Shown here piece after piece: positions 9,382 to 19,990 of a DNA stretch of 64,000 nt; within the stretch, counting starts at the first letter, position 1, and each line of letters starts with the position of its first letter. The stretch lies in contig OY762964.1 in assembly GCA_963667035.1 (NCBI GenBank), positions 2,016,001 to 2,080,000 of the forward strand, in the 5' to 3' direction. The notes under the pieces were generated by a model. The model searched no databases, was not told where the DNA came from, and worked only from the letters and a program-made list of their open reading frames with translations. A program made the position numbers and the translations under genes. Source of the DNA: Candidatus Cloacimonadales bacterium (GTDB lineage: Bacteria > Cloacimonadota > Cloacimonadia > Cloacimonadales > JAFGVF01).

Positions 9382-10853
9382 GAACTATTCTCAAGAATGC
9401 TAGTATTTATGATTCTGATAGACAACTGTTTGTTCGAAAGAATCTTATAATTGAAAATGATATAATCATTGGAATAGGTAATGATTTACCTGAGTCTGAT
9501 TCTACGATAATAGATTTATCAGGGAAGTACCTTATTCCCGGTCTTGTCGATTCTCATACTCACAGTTTTGAAGGTGGACTCTACTCTCTATCTCTTGATT
9601 TAGGTTATGTAAGTTCTATCAAAGAAACCCTTGAGCTTTTGGATACCGCAGATAGAGAACAGCGTGTTATTTTTGGTTTCAATTATGATGAAAACAACAT
9701 AAAAGAGCAAAGATTTCCTTCACTTGAAGAGCTAGATAAGCTTTTCCCTGAAACACCATTCATCTTAAGAAGAGTTGACGGGCACTCATGCGTAATAAAC
9801 AGCGTAGCAGCGAGCAAGATAAGCTTCCCTTATTCACTACCAAAAGATTTCAACGGGTTGTTAAGAAAAGAAGAGAATGATCTTGCTGCTCATTGGTTTC
9901 ATAGAAATGTTGATAATGAAACGATCCTAAGAGCTTACAAGAAAGCAGAAGAGATAGCAATAAAAAACGGTGTAGTCACAATTCATACCATGCTTGGTGA
10001 TGCTGAAAATGATTATCTGCATTTTGAGCTATTGCAAGATCACTTGAATGACTTCAAAATTGAAATTATCCCTTATCCTCAAATGTTTAATGTAAACAAG
10101 GCTTTGAGAGTTAAGTCATCTAGGATTGGTGGATGTATTTTAGCAGATGGTTCCTTCGGTTCACATACTGCGGCAATCTATGAAGATTATATTGACGAAC
10201 CGGGTAACGGAACACTATACCAAACAGATGACTTTTGGAACAACTTTGTGGGAGAATCACATAAAAATAACCTGCAAGTAGGTGTTCACTGCTTAGGAGA
10301 TAGAGCAGTATCACAAATATTCAATGCCTACAAAAAAGCCAATTTGAAGGAAAGAAAAGATTTAAGACATCAATTGATACATGCTGAGCTTGTTGATGAT
10401 AAGATTTTGTCAGAGATAGCCGAATACAATATAGCCTGTGTGATGCAACCTATGTTTGATAAGTTATGGGGAGGCAAAGACCAATACTACAGTAAAGTAT
10501 TAGGTGTAGAAAGAGCATTAAGAAGTAATCGATTCAAAACAATGATTAATTCAGGTATAAAGGTTGTAGGGAGTTCCGATTGGTATATTACACCATTATC
10601 TCCCCTGATGGGAATTGAAGCGGCAGTAAATCATCACAATCCTGATGAGGGTATCTCTATTCCAACAGCAATCGATATTTATACTACTAATGCAGCGTGG
10701 CTTACCCACAGCGAAAACATTACAGGGAAAATAGCAAAAGGTTTTAAAGCAAACTTAACAGTTCTTGACAATAATATACTTGTTTCAAATAATTTAGAAA
10801 AGGTTAGGTCAAACGGAATAATAAGAGATGGAAAATGGGATAAAGCCTTCTGA
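9378..10853 (+). CDS. metal-dependent amidohydrolase (YtcJ-like)
   Basis: PGLVDSHTH, DGHS, ADGSFGSHTAA, HCLGDRA and GSSDW motifs. GTG start overlaps the maf stop (GTGA). Confidence 0.88.
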   Translation: MRTILKNASIYDSDRQLFVRKNLIIENDIIIGIGNDLPESDSTIIDLSGKYLIPGLVDSHTHSFEGGLYSLSLDLGYVSSIKETLELLDTADREQRVIFGFNYDENNIKEQRFPSLEELDKLFPETPFILRRVDGHSCVINSVAASKISFPYSLPKDFNGLLRKEENDLAAHWFHRNVDNETILRAYKKAEEIAIKNGVVTIHTMLGDAENDYLHFELLQDHLNDFKIEIIPYPQMFNVNKALRVKSSRIGGCILADGSFGSHTAAIYEDYIDEPGNGTLYQTDDFWNNFVGESHKNNLQVGVHCLGDRAVSQIFNAYKKANLKERKDLRHQLIHAELVDDKILSEIAEYNIACVMQPMFDKLWGGKDQYYSKVLGVERALRSNRFKTMINSGIKVVGSSDWYITPLSPLMGIEAAVNHHNPDEGISIPTAIDIYTTNAAWLTHSENITGKIAKGFKANLTVLDNNILVSNNLEKVRSNGIIRDGKWDKAF

Positions 10854-11385
10854 TTTAAAGATAATAGAAAGAATACTAAAACAGGAACACTCGCTGTTTC
10901 CGAGGGCTATTTTTATTGATTATTATAAGAGTATATATCAAGCATATAACGGACCAAATCACTTCCTAAACGAAAAATCCCTGGGATATCTCAAAAATGA
11001 AATTTTAATGAATCCCAACAACTCCTATCCAAGAATTGTTGACTTATCCGGATTTCATTTCCTATGGAGAATAAACACTAATGTAGTTAACCAAGGCATC
11101 ATGTCTTTTAATGATTTTGCAAACGCTCATTTCGAAACCTGTTCTCAAATCAATACAAATGTAAACAATTGGATTAACTATAAATCATCAATTGAGAAAG
11201 CTTTTTATAATATATTAGATAACTTAAACATTTTAGACAATGCTCTTATCCCAAAGCACTTGTTTAAAGAAACTTTCACGGTTAGCCATTCGGATGTTTA
11301 TCACAAATATTATAATCCGCATTATAGACTGATAAACCCACAGCTATTAGATAACAAGACGAAAACAAAACTATTGGAATTATAA
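10828..11385 (+). CDS. conserved hypothetical protein
   Basis: DYYKSIYQ...GPNH and SHSDVY...YNPHYRL motifs; overlaps the upstream gene. Confidence 0.7.
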   Translation: MENGIKPSDLKIIERILKQEHSLFPRAIFIDYYKSIYQAYNGPNHFLNEKSLGYLKNEILMNPNNSYPRIVDLSGFHFLWRINTNVVNQGIMSFNDFANAHFETCSQINTNVNNWINYKSSIEKAFYNILDNLNILDNALIPKHLFKETFTVSHSDVYHKYYNPHYRLINPQLLDNKTKTKLLEL

Positions 11386-11407
11386 ACAAATAAATGATGA
11401 GGTGGAC

Positions 11408-14400
11408 ATGATGAGACGAATTCTGTTACTAATTATTAGTATGTTTCTTTTTATTAACTTATCAGCCCTAGTCATAGAGAGCGGTTCTTTCAAGAACTTC
11501 CTGTATGGCGAAGAGCCAAATTCAGCTTATGACGATTTTGTATCACATATCGCTGAGGGTATTGCTGACGTAGACTACAACCTTTATGCACCATTTGATC
11601 CCCAAACAAACGGTTTTGGTGATTTTGATGTACCCAATACTACGGAACTGAATGAATGGAGTACCATTACTCAAGAGTTTGCTGCAGGTAACTACGACCA
11701 AGCTGAGACTCTTATTAATAATGGTGGGTACCCTTATGATGTAGTAAGTTTCACTGATAATGATACGGGAGCAATATATTATATGCTCCGTGAACATTTA
11801 AACATGAGTTATGTTGATGATAATTTTGACAATGATCCCGATGACGATGTAACAGGTAGTTTTGATAAGGGTTGGGGACTATTTATCTATAATCCTCAAG
11901 CAACTAATCCTGTAATTGTTACTGTTCCTCATCCCACAGATGATTTCTGCACAGCAATAATCGGATATGAATGTTTCAGAAAATGGGATGGTATGTTCTT
12001 ATTGATTAATGGAGCTGGACGTGAAGTGACATGGACAAATCAGGGATATTATTATAACAGTAAATCTCTAAGTGATCCAACTCGTAATCAAAATACTGTT
12101 TATCAAAAAGCATACATATCATTTTGTAATAAGATAAGGACACAGTTTGGAGTAAGAGAGTTCAGTGCACAGATGCATAGTTATGACTGGGGTACAAGAC
12201 ATCCCGGTTATGCAAACAACCAGATATCCGGTGGTAAATATGAAGAAATTCTCGGTTTACCATCTTTTGACCTTTCCAATAGTCATTATGATTTAGTTAA
12301 TCTCAGTGATGAAGTTATCTTCCCGGCTAATACAATCGGAGTTCATAGGGAAGTTACCTTGAATGAGTATTACACTTTCCATAATACTGTTTATGACAGA
12401 TATTTCTACAAAGATAACGGCGATAGTATTCTTGTAAACACCGATCAGGATTTACCCGGATATAAAGACAATCGTCAGATGCAATACACAAATGACAGTT
12501 CATTCAATACATGGGATGCTTATGATAATTTTTGGCATGTTGAGATGGACGAGCTTCCTAACCAGTATGATCAAACAGAAAACAATTTAAAATGGTTCTA
12601 TGGTTGGGATCCGGTACAACAAAAGTATATTAAAGAGGATATATTCACTCATACTTTAGAGTTCTATTCATACTGGATTGATAAAATGGCTGAATCATTG
12701 ACATATACTTTTGCTATGAATGATAATATGATTCCTCCAACTCCTCAAAACCTTACAGTTCATACTGAATCCTATAATTACATTTCACTTGAATGGGATC
12801 ATGTAAGAAACTTCGATTTTGATACATATGAGGTTCTTTATGCTACAGAACCAATCGGAACAGACAATTTCTCAATCTTTGACAGAGATAACTCATCAAG
12901 ATTAGCAGATATGAGAAATGGTCTTATTGATGTGACAGGTTTATCTAATGGACAGCAGTATTACTTCAAAGTTCGAGCCAGAGATAAAAATGGTAATATC
13001 TCTGGTGAATCCAACGAAGTAGTAGCTGTGACCGGATGTTCTAAAATTAGAAGCGTAAAAGCTTTGGGCAGAGACGGTCTTGTCGAACTCTCATGGAATG
13101 CTCAGTATGAGAACAATGTTCAAGGATATAGAATATATCGTTCAACCGACAATGAAAACTATACACAATTAGTCGATTGGAACTCTTATGGTGGTTTAAC
13201 AGCTTTAAATTCTAATAACACTAACTACAGTTATAATGATGATACTGTAATGAATAATACTACATATTATTATAAGATTGCAGCAATAAACAATAGTGAT
13301 GAAGAGTTTATTCATAATTATTCAGTATCTGTACAACCATATGACTTCTTCAAACTCCATGTAGCTAATCAAGCTGATACTTATACTAGTGACATTTACT
13401 TCGGAATAAATAGAGACGCTACAGACGGACACGATGATGATTACGACGTTAATAAAAGCTCTAGTGTTTCAGGTAACTATGTTTGGGCCGGATTCTGGGA
13501 AGAGGACTGGTGGAATGGAACCAATTACGGCGTAACAATGGAACAGAACATTCAAGGTCTGTTCGATACTACTACTGATTATAAGAGTTACAGATTACGC
13601 ATTAAATCTAATCAAACCAATCAGAACCTTACAATCAGTCTCCATGAAATGCTTCCTTCTAGGTCAACAGAGAAAATCTGGATTTATGATGAAGGCAATC
13701 AAAACTGGACTGACTTAATGAATGGTGATTACACTTTCCAAGTATCAAACACTAATTACAGATATATGAGAATCTATTACGGTAACTTGAATCCATATTT
13801 TGAAATTGATGACCGTCAAAATCATATATTCCAAGGTGGTATGGTAGCAGATTTCTATTGGGAAAGTAATCTTTCTTTCTTGATAGATCATATTGAGTTA
13901 TCACTCCAGAATGATACTGATAGTGTTTTTGTATCAGATACAGTATCAAGCAGTTACGAATTCTACTTCTGGGAATATGTACCGGATAATATTGAATATC
14001 ATAACTTAAAACTTGTTGTTGATGGTATTGCTATGGACGGAGAAAGAGTTAGAGCAGTTTCTCCATACATATTGGGAATAGTACCATCAACTACTACTAT
14101 TGAAAGAGAAGCAGGTTGGCACACTGTTTCATCTCCTTTCATCTCTGATGTAATGCCTGCCACAGACGTTTTTGGTAATAATGCTATTCTCTGGGAATAC
14201 AATTCTTCAAATGTACTTGTTGAAGTTACTGACTTTGAATACGGAGAGGCTTACTGGGCATTCGTTTCAAATGACAATACTGCAAATATCTCTGAAGAAA
14301 CTCAAGCAACATCAGATGAGTTCGATCTTAACTACGGTTGGAACTTCATAGTTAATCCTTTCCCAACCGAGATATCTCTTGAAAACTGTATGTTTGAAAT

Positions 14401-15361
14401 AAACAATGTCTGGTTCTCATCTGCAGAGGCACTTAATGAGTTGAACTTGAATCCTAATATGGTTGTATATCGTGAAGGAATGTATCAGCAAGTTAATTCG
14501 ATCTTACCTTATGAAGCATTCTTCTTATTCTGCACAACAGATAACACTGCTAATCCTAATATTCGTATTTATCCATATAGAGATGCTCTACCTATGGAAC
14601 AACCTTTAACAAGCACTTGGAATCTTAAATTGTTTGCGGATAATGGTATTGATAAGAGCATGATTGAAGTTGGTTCTGCCTATGAAACAACTGAAGATTA
14701 TGATTTAGAGTATGATATCCCATCTCTTCCTAATAAACCAATAACTGAGCATCTTGACTTTAACTTATATCATAGTGTTATAACTGAACCGGATTATCCG
14801 TTTGAATTCATGATGAAAGAGTTAACAGTTCCATTCGTAGCAGATGTAGACACATCTTTCGTTTGGCAATATATCCTCAGACTTGGTTCAACCGATGCAA
14901 TCCAATTCTATCCTGACTTTAGTCAGTTTAATATGGATTATACTGTTAAAATTAGTATTAATGGTGATGATTACTTCATTACAGATGAAAATGGATTTAC
15001 TTATCAACCTTCATCCACAAGAGACATCTTCGGTACCATAACAGTTTATAACTACACTGTCGGAAATGAAGAGACTCCTCAGGTTGCAAGTAAATTCTCT
15101 GTTTACCCGAACCCATTTAATCCTGATACTAACATTGCATTTAATGTTAAGAAAGCAGGTAAAGTTGAGCTTAGCCTCTATAACATCAGAGGACAGAAAG
15201 TTAAAACATTGATTAAAGACGAACTTACTCCGGGTAACCATACCATAACATGGGATGGTACTGACTCTAATGGTAAAGGTGTTGCATCAGGTGTATACTT
15301 TGCAAGACTGAAACAAAGAGATGAAAAAGCAAGAGTAAAGAAGATGATGTTAATGAAATAA
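11408..15361 (+). CDS. secreted protein with FN3 domains and C-terminal FlgD-Ig/T9SS type A-like sorting domain
   Basis: Signal peptide; FN3 (PPTPQNL...YYFKVRARD); C-terminal YPNPFNP...YNIRGQKV...WDG...SGVYF...KMMLMK. Confidence 0.85.
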   Translation: MMRRILLLIISMFLFINLSALVIESGSFKNFLYGEEPNSAYDDFVSHIAEGIADVDYNLYAPFDPQTNGFGDFDVPNTTELNEWSTITQEFAAGNYDQAETLINNGGYPYDVVSFTDNDTGAIYYMLREHLNMSYVDDNFDNDPDDDVTGSFDKGWGLFIYNPQATNPVIVTVPHPTDDFCTAIIGYECFRKWDGMFLLINGAGREVTWTNQGYYYNSKSLSDPTRNQNTVYQKAYISFCNKIRTQFGVREFSAQMHSYDWGTRHPGYANNQISGGKYEEILGLPSFDLSNSHYDLVNLSDEVIFPANTIGVHREVTLNEYYTFHNTVYDRYFYKDNGDSILVNTDQDLPGYKDNRQMQYTNDSSFNTWDAYDNFWHVEMDELPNQYDQTENNLKWFYGWDPVQQKYIKEDIFTHTLEFYSYWIDKMAESLTYTFAMNDNMIPPTPQNLTVHTESYNYISLEWDHVRNFDFDTYEVLYATEPIGTDNFSIFDRDNSSRLADMRNGLIDVTGLSNGQQYYFKVRARDKNGNISGESNEVVAVTGCSKIRSVKALGRDGLVELSWNAQYENNVQGYRIYRSTDNENYTQLVDWNSYGGLTALNSNNTNYSYNDDTVMNNTTYYYKIAAINNSDEEFIHNYSVSVQPYDFFKLHVANQADTYTSDIYFGINRDATDGHDDDYDVNKSSSVSGNYVWAGFWEEDWWNGTNYGVTMEQNIQGLFDTTTDYKSYRLRIKSNQTNQNLTISLHEMLPSRSTEKIWIYDEGNQNWTDLMNGDYTFQVSNTNYRYMRIYYGNLNPYFEIDDRQNHIFQGGMVADFYWESNLSFLIDHIELSLQNDTDSVFVSDTVSSSYEFYFWEYVPDNIEYHNLKLVVDGIAMDGERVRAVSPYILGIVPSTTTIEREAGWHTVSSPFISDVMPATDVFGNNAILWEYNSSNVLVEVTDFEYGEAYWAFVSNDNTANISEETQATSDEFDLNYGWNFIVNPFPTEISLENCMFEINNVWFSSAEALNELNLNPNMVVYREGMYQQVNSILPYEAFFLFCTTDNTANPNIRIYPYRDALPMEQPLTSTWNLKLFADNGIDKSMIEVGSAYETTEDYDLEYDIPSLPNKPITEHLDFNLYHSVITEPDYPFEFMMKELTVPFVADVDTSFVWQYILRLGSTDAIQFYPDFSQFNMDYTVKISINGDDYFITDENGFTYQPSSTRDIFGTITVYNYTVGNEETPQVASKFSVYPNPFNPDTNIAFNVKKAGKVELSLYNIRGQKVKTLIKDELTPGNHTITWDGTDSNGKGVASGVYFARLKQRDEKARVKKMMLMK

Positions 15362-15380
15362 ATTCATATTCAGTATAACT

Positions 15381-15408
15381 AAGGGAGAAGCAATGCTTCT
15401 CCCTTTTT
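15381..15408 (+). terminator. intrinsic terminator
   Basis: AAGGGAGAAGCAaTGCTTCTCCCTT followed by T-run. Confidence 0.85.
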
Positions 15409-15533
15409 AATTGCAGTAAATTATTTACTTTACATACTTTTAACTTGACCATTTAATAGCTTCAAATCCTCTATATATGTATATAATAACTGGTATTTTA
15501 AATAGTGATTAAAAAATTAAGGAGTATGAAACT

Positions 15534-18245
15534 ATGAAGAAAATCTTTTTACTTTTAATAATTACTCTGTTCAGTTTAGTTTTGCTTGCAGACTTCACTG
15601 AAAACTTTGACGCATGGTCTGATGGCTCTTATGCCGGTGTTGTGGAGTACACACATGATGGCATAGGAACATGGGAAAACAACAATGCAATGGTTCATGA
15701 AACCTATGCTCGTTCCGGAAAAGCAGTCAGATTTAATGATGACTCAAGTACAATTATGGAATACCTTCTGTTTAAAGGTTTAGACGGAAATGGTAAAGAC
15801 GGTGGTCTCGGTACTATCTCTTTCTGGTATAGACATTGGGATGGAAACGTTCCAAGTGAACCTATTGAGTTTATTGTAGAATACCAGGTTGGAAGCACTT
15901 CAGGAGAATGGACAGCGATCGGTTCTTCAGTTAATGTTACTTCCACTACTTATACCGAGTATTCGGAAACAGTTAATCTACCCGGTGACGATATATTCTT
16001 CAGAATTAGAAATATCGAAGACAAAGAACGTCTATTAATCGATGATTTGACAGTAACCGACTACAGTGGTGGTGCCGTTACTACTCCTATTATCTCAGGT
16101 ATATCTAATACTCCCGATACTCCTTCACCAAGTGAGGATTGTGTAATCAGTGCTACTATTACCGATGACGGTTCTATCACATCAGTAGAGATTAATTGGG
16201 GACTTACATCCGGTTCACTTACAAACACAGTATCAATGTCACTTGATTCAGGTGATATTTACACAGGCACTATTCCTGCTCAAGCTGATGGTGCTACAGT
16301 TTATTATACTGTATCTGCAACTGATAACGATACTAACACAGAAACAAGCGACGAGAGAAGTTACAATGTTGTACTTCCGATAGTATCTACACCTTACTTT
16401 ACTCCTGACGGTGGTATCTATTCAGAAACACAGTCAGTTGAGATATTCTGTTCTACAGTAGGAGCTTCAATCTACTATACAATAGATGGTTCAGAACCTA
16501 CAGAAGCTTCAACACTTTATTCGACAGCAATATCAATCAGTGAAACTACAACAGTAAAAGCTAAAGCTTACTTGGTAGGATATGGACCAAGTGCAGTAGC
16601 AGAAGTTCTTTATGACTTCTCAGTAGCAGAACCGGCTAATATCTACATTAGTGAGTATATTGAAGGTTCATCAAACAATAAAGCTATAGAAATCTACAAT
16701 GCAGGTGACAATGATGTTAACCTTGGATTTGTTGAATTCTGGCGTATCTCAAACGGTGGAGACTGGGCAGAGGGAGCAACTAATGCAGTTACTTTATCCG
16801 GAACCTTAGCACCGGGAGAAGTTTATGTAGTATGTAACTCAAGTGCAATCGCAGAGATTCAAGCACTTTCAGACTTAGTAGGAACCACGGTTTGCTACTT
16901 CAACGGTGATGACGCTATGGGTCTAGCTTACAATGGAACCCTTGTTGACGTTGTCGGAGCGGAAGGAGCAGATCCCGGTACAGGTTGGGATGTAGCCGGA
17001 GAAACAGCTGCAACAGTAGACCATACCCTTATTCGTAAGACAACAGGTTTTGCCACTACCGATTGGTTAGCTTCAGCAGGAACTAGTGCAACCAATTCTC
17101 AGTGGATTGTTAGTACTATCGATGATTACTCTAATCTTGGTAGTCCAACACCCGGAACTCCGGATGTCATTATCTCTGAAGTTTGCACAGAAGCACTTCA
17201 ATATATTGAATTGTACAATGCAGGGACATCAGCTCAAGACTTAACAGGTTGGTCATTAAATCAGCACTCACCTGATATGACTACACCTTTAACAGGAACT
17301 ATTAATTCAGGAAGCTATCTGGTAGTTATCGGTGGAACATTAGAAGATATGCTAACATGGCATCCTACTTTTGCAGGAAATTACATCGAAGCTTCAGGCA
17401 GTGCTCCTTCTATGATTAACGGTTCATGGTTAGACCTCAACAATGGTTCATCAAAAGCCATTATTGATCAGTTTGGTTCGGAGACAAGCGGTGCAACTGT
17501 AGGTCAAATCTATGAGAGAACAGACAAGCTGGCAGGTAAGGATGTTAATACTGATTGGACAATAGTACCATCACCAACTCCGGGCGAACAAAACAATAAC
17601 GATTATGAACCTACAGCAGTTGAATTCTCATCATTTGAAGCATCAAGCCTTACTATAGAGAACACCAAAGTAGTCCGAATTGAATGGACTGTTGCAACTG
17701 AAACTGCAATGCTTGGTTACAATCTTCATAGAGCGGGGACTGATAATCAGAATGAAAGATACATCATCAATTCTAATGTTATAGCATCTCAAAATAGCTC
17801 ATCACATTACACATATTCTTATGATGACGGTGAATCTATTGAGCCCGGTACTTTCTACTATTGGTTAGAAAGTTTATCAATAGATGGAATTAACCATTTC
17901 TATGGTCCTATCTCAGTAACAGTTAAAGAGGATGAAGAAGATCCTGAGATTCCTGAAACTCAATTGATTACAGAAATCAACAGTATATTCCCTAATCCGT
18001 TCAATCCTTCAACAGCAATATCTTTCAGTCTTGCCAAAGCCGGTAATGTAAAGATTACTGTTTTTAACGTAAAGGGTGAGGTAGTTAATGTTATAGCTAA
18101 CAGATATTTTGATGCATCCGATAATAACGTAATTACATGGGATGGTAACAGTTTCAATAATGCTTCTTGTGGTAGCGGTATTTATTTCTTTAAAGTTGAA
18201 ACTAATGGCTTCACCGCAACAAGAAAAGCGATTCTCATAAAATAA
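15534..18245 (+). CDS. secreted protein with lamin-tail domains, chitobiase/FN3-associated domain and FlgD-Ig/T9SS-type CTD
   Basis: ISEYIEGSSNNKAIEIYN (LTD), IYYTIDGSEPT, and FPNPFNP...KAILIK. Confidence 0.85.
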   Translation: MKKIFLLLIITLFSLVLLADFTENFDAWSDGSYAGVVEYTHDGIGTWENNNAMVHETYARSGKAVRFNDDSSTIMEYLLFKGLDGNGKDGGLGTISFWYRHWDGNVPSEPIEFIVEYQVGSTSGEWTAIGSSVNVTSTTYTEYSETVNLPGDDIFFRIRNIEDKERLLIDDLTVTDYSGGAVTTPIISGISNTPDTPSPSEDCVISATITDDGSITSVEINWGLTSGSLTNTVSMSLDSGDIYTGTIPAQADGATVYYTVSATDNDTNTETSDERSYNVVLPIVSTPYFTPDGGIYSETQSVEIFCSTVGASIYYTIDGSEPTEASTLYSTAISISETTTVKAKAYLVGYGPSAVAEVLYDFSVAEPANIYISEYIEGSSNNKAIEIYNAGDNDVNLGFVEFWRISNGGDWAEGATNAVTLSGTLAPGEVYVVCNSSAIAEIQALSDLVGTTVCYFNGDDAMGLAYNGTLVDVVGAEGADPGTGWDVAGETAATVDHTLIRKTTGFATTDWLASAGTSATNSQWIVSTIDDYSNLGSPTPGTPDVIISEVCTEALQYIELYNAGTSAQDLTGWSLNQHSPDMTTPLTGTINSGSYLVVIGGTLEDMLTWHPTFAGNYIEASGSAPSMINGSWLDLNNGSSKAIIDQFGSETSGATVGQIYERTDKLAGKDVNTDWTIVPSPTPGEQNNNDYEPTAVEFSSFEASSLTIENTKVVRIEWTVATETAMLGYNLHRAGTDNQNERYIINSNVIASQNSSSHYTYSYDDGESIEPGTFYYWLESLSIDGINHFYGPISVTVKEDEEDPEIPETQLITEINSIFPNPFNPSTAISFSLAKAGNVKITVFNVKGEVVNVIANRYFDASDNNVITWDGNSFNNASCGSGIYFFKVETNGFTATRKAILIK

Positions 18246-18266
18246 AGCTAATAGTTTTTGAATATT

Positions 18267-18296
18267 AGAGTCGGGTCAATATCCCGGCTCTTTTTT
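18267..18296 (+). terminator. intrinsic terminator
   Basis: AGAGTCGGG-tcaatat-CCCGGCTCT followed by T-run. Confidence 0.75.
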
Positions 18297-18442
18297 ACTA
18301 TTGAATCTGCCTCAATCTAATCAATTAATTTTCACAGACTTACAAAGGCTAGACAAAAATTCCTTGACCTAATGACAGATTCCAAACAATTAATATAAGA
18401 TTATAGAAACTACGTTTTTGTGAATAAATCAGGAGGAAAAGT

Positions 18443-19588
18443 ATGGATTACTTTTTAACAGAAGATCAGCTTGAAATGAAAGAAATAGCTCATAAAATCG
18501 CGGTTGAGAAGATTGCTCCTCTCTCTGCAAAATATGATGAAGAAGGGATATTCCCATGGGATATCGTTGAGATAATGGCACAATCAGACCTCTTTGCAGT
18601 TCTAGTACCTGAAGAGTATGATGGAATCAGTGGTAAGGTTGTTGACCTTGCTATAGTCACTGAAGAGCTCTCAAAGATAGATACAGGTATAGCTTTAGCT
18701 TTCGGTGCAACCGGATTAGGAATGTACCCAATTCTTTTATGTGGTAACGAAGAACAGAAACAGAAATATCTTCCACAAATTGCATCAGGTGAAAAATTAT
18801 GTGCCTTTGCTTTAACCGAAGCTAATGCCGGTTCTGATGCAGGGGCTATTGAAACTACTGCTGAAGAGACTGAAGACGGTTTCATCCTCAATGGGACAAA
18901 GCAGTGGATTACAAACGGTGGAGAAGCTGAGATTTATACAGTCTTTGCAATGACAGATCGCTCTAAAGGAGCACGTGGTTGCTCATGTTTTATAGTTGAG
19001 AAAGGTACTCCAGGCTTCTCATTCGGTAAGAAAGAAGACAAAATGGGTATTCGTTCTTCAGCAACAAGAGAGTTAATCTTTGAAGATTGCTTCGTACCAA
19101 AAGAGAACCTGATTGGTCGCAAAGGTACCGGCTTCATTACTGCAATGAAGGTTTTTGATAAATCAAGACCTATGGTTGCATCTCAAGCCGTTGGTTTAGC
19201 TCAAGGGGCACTTGATATTGCCGCTAAATATTCAAAAGAACGTCATCAATTCGGAAAACCTATTTCATCTTTCCAGGGTGTTCAATTCATGCTTGCCGAC
19301 ATGGCTACTCAAACCGAAGCTGCAAGAGCTTTAGTTTATCAAACAGCTAAAATGATTGATGAAGGATGTAAAAAATACAGTAAAGAATCTGCAATGTGCA
19401 AATATTTTGCTTCTGATGTAGCTATGAAAGTTACAACTGATGCAGTTCAAGTTCTTGGTGGATATGGCTATATGAAAGAGTATCCTGTTGAAAAAATGAT
19501 GCGTGATGCTAAGATTCTCCAAATTTACGAGGGAACTAATCAGATTCAAAGACAGGTTGTTGCTACCAATCTCCTTAAAGAGTACTAG
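18443..19588 (+). CDS. acyl-CoA dehydrogenase (short-chain/butyryl-CoA type)
   Basis: FALTEANAGSD, NGTKQWITNG, RHQFGKPI, LGGYGY and IYEGTNQIQR motifs. Confidence 0.95.
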   Translation: MDYFLTEDQLEMKEIAHKIAVEKIAPLSAKYDEEGIFPWDIVEIMAQSDLFAVLVPEEYDGISGKVVDLAIVTEELSKIDTGIALAFGATGLGMYPILLCGNEEQKQKYLPQIASGEKLCAFALTEANAGSDAGAIETTAEETEDGFILNGTKQWITNGGEAEIYTVFAMTDRSKGARGCSCFIVEKGTPGFSFGKKEDKMGIRSSATRELIFEDCFVPKENLIGRKGTGFITAMKVFDKSRPMVASQAVGLAQGALDIAAKYSKERHQFGKPISSFQGVQFMLADMATQTEAARALVYQTAKMIDEGCKKYSKESAMCKYFASDVAMKVTTDAVQVLGGYGYMKEYPVEKMMRDAKILQIYEGTNQIQRQVVATNLLKEY

Positions 19589-19709
19589 CAAAGTTTCGTG
19601 AGCCTGTAAGGCGAACAACTTGTTTACTCTGATACAAGATACTACAGATTGTAGATAAACATGTCTGTTAAGACAGGTTGTTGCTAACAATCTTTTAAAA
19701 GAATATTAA
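19549..19709 (+). repeat. 40-bp direct repeat of the acyl-CoA dehydrogenase 3' end
   Basis: 19549-19588 versus 19670-19709: 33/40 identical, encoding RQVVATNLLKEY* and RQVVANNLLKEY*. Confidence 0.9.
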
Positions 19710-19735
19710 TAATCTCTGAGGTGAGAGATTATTCT

Positions 19736-19770
19736 GCGGGATTTATCTTAGGAGAATCCCGCTTATTTAT
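19736..19770 (+). terminator. probable terminator downstream of the second gene-tail copy
   Basis: GCGGGATT...AATCCCGC followed by TTATTT; preceded by hairpin AATAATCTCT...AGAGATTATT. Confidence 0.55.
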
Positions 19771-19842
19771 TGCCGCTATTTCTATTCACCCACATGCTTT
19801 TAATAACCGATATGACATTTATGGATAACTTTGGTTTTATTA

Positions 19843-19889
19843 TCCTGAAAGGTTTACCTAATAATAGCCATAGCCTTTAGCTCATGGAA
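19843..19889. repeat. degenerate REP-like unit
   Basis: CCTgaaAGG...AATAGCCATAGCctttaGCTCATGG; same layout as the first half of 1175-1328. Confidence 0.5.
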
Positions 19890-19990
19890 CCGGCATTCAA
19901 CAATTGCCTATCCTGAATTTTTCCTTATCAATCAGAATCACCAGCTAACTATTGCTGGAACGCTTCATAACTTCTATGCTCTAATTCAAC

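Noticed and set aside
19589..19680. Integron attC site or group II intron remnant
   Set aside because: No matching RYYYAAC/GTTRRRY pair, no domain V consensus, and no integron integrase or reverse transcriptase.
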